Origin: Calditrichales bacterium
GTDB lineage: Bacteria > Calditrichota > Calditrichia > Calditrichales > J004
Length of the DNA: 64,000 nucleotides
NCBI GenBank assembly: GCA_965267575.1
Contig: OZ254086.1
Location: 2,464,001-2,528,000, forward strand
Direction: 5' to 3'
The translations under genes and the position numbers were made by a program. Below the pieces are notes generated by a model. That model worked only from the letters and a program-made list of their open reading frames with translations, made no database searches and was not told the DNA's origin. Shown here in pieces: positions 59,994 to 64,000 of this stretch; position 1 is the first letter of the stretch, and each line of letters starts with the position of its first letter.

Positions 59994-61288
59994 GCTGCTG
60001 CTTCTCCTTCCCGCGGATCGCTGATAAAGCCGGTTATGGCGCTTGCCGCCGCTACCGCCGCCGAGCTCAGGTAGACTTCCGCGCCGGCGTTGCCCATACG
60101 TCCTTTAAAATTCCTGTTGGTGGTGGAGATTGCCACATCACCGTCACCGAGGGCGCCCTGGTGCACGCCCAGGCAGCAGCCACAATTCGGATTCATGATC
60201 ACCGCTCCGGCATCCATAAGATCCGTCAGATAACCCAACCGCATGGCTTCTTTATAAATACGCCATGAGGCGGGGAAAACCAGCATCCGTACGCCTTTGG
60301 CCACTTTGTGTCCTTTTAATATCTGTGCGGCCGATTGCAGATCTTCCAGCCGCCCATTGGTGCAGGAACCGATCACCACCTGGTTTACGGCCACGCCCCG
60401 CACCATGCTTACCGGCCGTACGTTGTCCACCATGTGCGGGCAGGCAATCTGCGGCGATAAAGTTGAAACATCGATTTCGAGAACCTGGTCATAACGCGCA
60501 TCTTGGTCGGGCTGCAGCAGGTTTAACGCACCTTTTACATGTGCTTCTTCGCGCAGGTAGCGTTCCGTTTCCGTGTCGGGAACGACAATGCCCGATGTAG
60601 CACCGGCTTCCACCGACATGTTGGAAAGCGTCAACCGCCCCGAAGTGGACATCTTGCGGATGGCTTCACCGTGAAATTCCAGGACCTTAAAGTTGGCACC
60701 CTGCGCCGAGATTTTGCCGATGATATACAGGATCAGGTCTTTCGGCTGTACCCAGGGATGAAATTCGCCCTTTACGTTCACTTTAATCGTCCCCGGCACC
60801 TGCACATTCAGCACGCTGCCCAATGCCCAGACGCTGGCCATTTCCGTGGCGCCAATGCCGAAGGCAAACGCGCCGAGCGCGCCATGGCTGGTGGTGTGGC
60901 TGTCTGTACCCACCACAACGGAGCCGGGCAGCACATAGCCGTTTTCCGGCAGTATCTGATGACAGATGCCGCCTTCATCCCCGCGAATGTCGTGAAATTT
61001 CGATATGATCTGTTCGCCCACAAAAGCGCGCACTTTCTTCTGGTTGGTGGCTGTTTTGGCACTCTCGGCAGGCACGCGATGGTCAAAGATGATGGCGATT
61101 TTGTCTGCGTCCCAGACCTTCGCTTCGCGTCCCGTATCCTTATAAATTTCATAGAATTGGTTCAATACCAGCGCGGCGTTTTCATGCGACATGGCCAGGT
61201 CCACCTTTGGCTCGACAATATCGCCGGCCCGGACCGTGCTGTTGCCGCTGGCCCGCGCCAGGATTTTTTCAACAAGCGTCATACCCAT
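59990..61288 (-). CDS. LeuC/HacA-type hydratase large subunit (homoaconitase/isopropylmalate isomerase family)
   Basis: DH.VP, GICHQ, DSHT, GSCTNGR, C..CLG and STTNRNF.GRMG; 432 aa. Confidence 0.92.
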   Translation of the reverse strand: MGMTLVEKILARASGNSTVRAGDIVEPKVDLAMSHENAALVLNQFYEIYKDTGREAKVWDADKIAIIFDHRVPAESAKTATNQKKVRAFVGEQIISKFHDIRGDEGGICHQILPENGYVLPGSVVVGTDSHTTSHGALGAFAFGIGATEMASVWALGSVLNVQVPGTIKVNVKGEFHPWVQPKDLILYIIGKISAQGANFKVLEFHGEAIRKMSTSGRLTLSNMSVEAGATSGIVVPDTETERYLREEAHVKGALNLLQPDQDARYDQVLEIDVSTLSPQIACPHMVDNVRPVSMVRGVAVNQVVIGSCTNGRLEDLQSAAQILKGHKVAKGVRMLVFPASWRIYKEAMRLGYLTDLMDAGAVIMNPNCGCCLGVHQGALGDGDVAISTTNRNFKGRMGNAGAEVYLSSAAVAAASAITGFISDPREGEAAA

Positions 61289-61409
61289 GCTTTTTTCCTT
61301 TTAATTATGTATCACGATTTTTATATCGTGCACCTTTCACGCAATCATGATCATGTTCTTGATCATCCTCTTGATCTTGATCCTCTGCATGCATTGAACA
61401 GGACAAGAA

Positions 61410-61436
61410 TGGATACCCGCCTTCGCGGGTATGACA
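61410..61436 (-). repeat. REP-like palindrome TGTCATACCCGCGAAGGCGGGTATCCA
   Basis: Perfect stem ATACCCGC/GCGGGTAT; GTCAT-type dispersed palindromic element; adjacent to an imperfect hexamer run (ATCATG ATCATG TTCTTG ATCATC CTCTTG ATCTTG ATCCTC) at 61344-61385. Confidence 0.65.
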
Positions 61437-61457
61437 TTAATCTCCTGCTTTAATGCG

Positions 61458-62390
61458 CTAACCGACGATTTTCGCCGTCCCTTTATATTTGCCTTCGATG
61501 ATTGTTCCCGGCAGGAATTCATCCTCCAGTGCTTTGTAATCCTTAAGTCCAACGAAATCGGTGTATTCTTCAAAACTTGTCAACCACTGGGTTTGGCCGG
61601 GCAAAATACCCTCCGGCGCCTGACGCAAGGTTTTAAAGAAATTCAACAACGCCTTATGCATCACCATGATCGAGGCCACCGGAATGGAGACGCGGCCAAC
61701 ACCCATTTCGCGCAGTTCAGGGATAGGAATCAGCTCTGTTTTCATGCCGCTTACGGCATCCATCAGGTTAACGGAAAGCGGGCCGTTAACGCTATGCACG
61801 GCTTTTGCAACATCGGCTTTGGATTTAATACCGTCGATAAATACCAGGTCGGCGCCGGCATCAAGGTACATGTTGCAGCGGCGGATTGCTTCATCCAGGC
61901 CCAGCATGGCAAAGGAATCGGTACGCGCATTGATGATAAAATCGGGGTCAAGCTCATCACGCTTTTTTGCGCATGCTTTGATCTTCCCGGCCATCTCTTC
62001 GGCACTGATGACCTCTTTGCCGGCCATGTGGCCGCAACGCTTGGGGAACAGCTGGTCTTCGATGTTCATGCCGGCCACGCCCATTTCAATCAATTTGCCT
62101 GTAAGCACCATGGCGTTAACGGCGTTGCCGCCGCCGGTATCCATATCTGCCATCACCGGGATCTTTACCGCTTTGGCGATATTACCGGTGATGTCCAGAA
62201 TGTCTTTTATCTGCATCAGGCCCACATCGGGCTGGCCCAGATACGATCCGGCGATGCCATACCCTGAAACCTGAATAGCTTCAAAGCCGGCTGCTTCAAT
62301 AGCTTTTGCGCTGAATGCGTCATGCGCGCCGGGTACAACGACGGCGCGACGCTCCATAATCGAACTGCGCAGGATGGTTGATTTTTTCAT
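61458..62390 (-). CDS. Isocitrate lyase/PEP mutase family C-C lyase (PrpB/Dml-like)
   Basis: SGYG, PDVG, ADMDTG.G, IEDQ..PKRCGH and NARTD motifs. Confidence 0.9.
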   Translation of the reverse strand: MKKSTILRSSIMERRAVVVPGAHDAFSAKAIEAAGFEAIQVSGYGIAGSYLGQPDVGLMQIKDILDITGNIAKAVKIPVMADMDTGGGNAVNAMVLTGKLIEMGVAGMNIEDQLFPKRCGHMAGKEVISAEEMAGKIKACAKKRDELDPDFIINARTDSFAMLGLDEAIRRCNMYLDAGADLVFIDGIKSKADVAKAVHSVNGPLSVNLMDAVSGMKTELIPIPELREMGVGRVSIPVASIMVMHKALLNFFKTLRQAPEGILPGQTQWLTSFEEYTDFVGLKDYKALEDEFLPGTIIEGKYKGTAKIVG

Positions 62391-62496
62391 TTAATCGCTC
62401 CTTTGGAAACCATAGAGGTCCCGGAGTGGATTTACCGAGACCTCAGGGGATTCATATTATTTATTGATTGGTTTTTCTTTATTATTAAACGTTTGG

Positions 62497-63615
62497 CTAC
62501 AGCTTCTCCGCTATGGCGCGCGCCATGTCCAATGTTGTGGCGCTGCCGCCCATGTCGTATGTATGCACGTTGCCGTCCGCGATCACGCCGGCAACAGCCG
62601 CTTCCAAACGCTCGCCCATTTCGGTTTCACCCAGCCAGTCCAGCATCATTTTGGCCGCCAGGATTGTCGCAATCGGATTAACTTTGTATTGACCGGCATA
62701 TTTTGGCGCTGAGCCATGCGTGGGTTCAAACACTGCCAATTCTTTACCAATATTGCCGGAACAGCCAAAGCCCAGGCCGCCCACCATTTGCGCGCACAGG
62801 TCGGAAATAATATCACCGAACAGGTTGGGCGCCACCAGCACATCATAATTGAACGGGTTCTTCAGCAGCCACATGGTGATGGCATCCACATTGGCCTCAT
62901 CCATCGAGATTTGCGGAAAATCTTTGGCCACTTCTTTGCCGATTTCCAGGAATAAGCCGTCCGTTGCGCGCACCACGTTGGCTTTATGGACCACGGTAAC
63001 TTTTTTGCGTCCAAAGTCGCGGGCATATTCAAACGCCGCGCGGATAATGCGCTCGGAGCCTTTGCGCGTATTGATTTTGCAGGAAACGGCGTAGTCATCG
63101 CCGGATAGATCCTTGAAGGGCGAAAACGGCTTGGAAATTTTTTCCAGTGTATCAGACAGCTCTTTGGGCACGGGATTAAATTCCACGCCGCAGTAGAGGT
63201 CTTCGGTGTTTTCGCGGAAAACGACCAGGTCGATGTTTTCCTTGTAATTAAGCGGGCTGCCTGGGTATGCCTTGCAGGGCCGCAAGCAGGTGTACAAGTC
63301 AAACATCTGCCGCATGCGCACAATCGGCGAACGGTAGACCAGCCCTTTGCCCTGCAGTTCCGGTATTAATTCGCTGTTGGCTTCGCGCACCGGTTTGGAG
63401 GTAATGGCGCCAAACATGGCGGCATCCACATCGTGAAGCAGGTTAACAGTACGCAGCGGCAGGGCGTCCCCTTCGCTGCACCAGAACTCCCAGCCGATAT
63501 CACCGTGAATGTATTCGGCATCCAGTTCGAGTTTGTCTAAAACGATCTTGGCGGCATCCAGCACGTCCACGCCGATGCCATCGCCCGGTAACCAGGCAAT
63601 TTTATACTTGGCCAT
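62497..63615 (-). CDS. Beta-decarboxylating dehydrogenase, homoisocitrate-dehydrogenase-like
   Basis: GDGIG, YRSPIVRMR, RENTEDLY, HKANV, NLFGDIISD and FEPTHGSAP motifs. Confidence 0.85.
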   Translation of the reverse strand: MAKYKIAWLPGDGIGVDVLDAAKIVLDKLELDAEYIHGDIGWEFWCSEGDALPLRTVNLLHDVDAAMFGAITSKPVREANSELIPELQGKGLVYRSPIVRMRQMFDLYTCLRPCKAYPGSPLNYKENIDLVVFRENTEDLYCGVEFNPVPKELSDTLEKISKPFSPFKDLSGDDYAVSCKINTRKGSERIIRAAFEYARDFGRKKVTVVHKANVVRATDGLFLEIGKEVAKDFPQISMDEANVDAITMWLLKNPFNYDVLVAPNLFGDIISDLCAQMVGGLGFGCSGNIGKELAVFEPTHGSAPKYAGQYKVNPIATILAAKMMLDWLGETEMGERLEAAVAGVIADGNVHTYDMGGSATTLDMARAIAEKL

Positions 63616-64000
63616 AATAATCCTCTGAGATTGTAATGTGGTAAGTAACAGTTAAGAATAAATTACAGAAACGTATCCGTTTTTTACGTGCCGCCACTAA
63701 ATGGCGGTCACGGCATAGCGTACTCAACATCCATCCTGGAGTTGCCGGAATTTTTGCTGCGGGGAGGGCAGGCCGGCAGTTATTTGTAAATGGCCTGTAA
63801 CATCAAAAATCCCGTGGTTAAACCTTCCCGTAATTTAACAAAAATTTTCTGCGCAAAAAGCAAAAACGAGAATTTTTACACAAAAATCGTCCTTTGCTGT
63901 TATTTGCGGTAAACTAAACTAAAATCATATTTTGTTTGATCGCCTTTTCGGAAACAGCAAAGCAATAGCTTTAACAAAACAATGGCCTTAAAGACACTAC

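Overview
A 64-kb bacterial chromosome segment of about 50% GC. Two secreted proteins end in an 'xQNYPNPFNP' T9SS/FlgD-type sorting tail, which points to an FCB-related lineage such as Calditrichota, KSB1 or Ignavibacteria (inference). Core-looking genes are the queDEFC operon, katG, a TetR-TolC-MFP-RND efflux operon, glgP with a cNMP-domain phosphofructokinase, a homocitrate-synthase-like gene, and an operon of HICDH-like dehydrogenase, ICL/PEPM-family lyase and a LeuCD/HacAB-type hydratase. The 6-30 kb zone is an accessory hotspot, yet no integrase or recombinase gene lies in the window. It holds (i) an integron-type cassette with a well-formed attC and a second eroded one around a FunZ-like ATPase, (ii) two gene blocks each flanked by 330-530 bp direct repeats that copy the 3' end of the upstream gene, (iii) a solo HUH/Y1 transposase inside 15 alternating two-hairpin repeats with variable spacers, and (iv) a helicase-nuclease fusion next to the ATPase. 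At 43-51 kb a heme-motif sensor kinase, sigma-54 activator and archaemetzincin face a GcvH-like/HybA/HybB/GcvH-like operon. That operon has a readable sigma-54 promoter, IHF site and three UAS-like palindromes, but no catalytic subunit. No rRNA, tRNA or CRISPR array was recognised.
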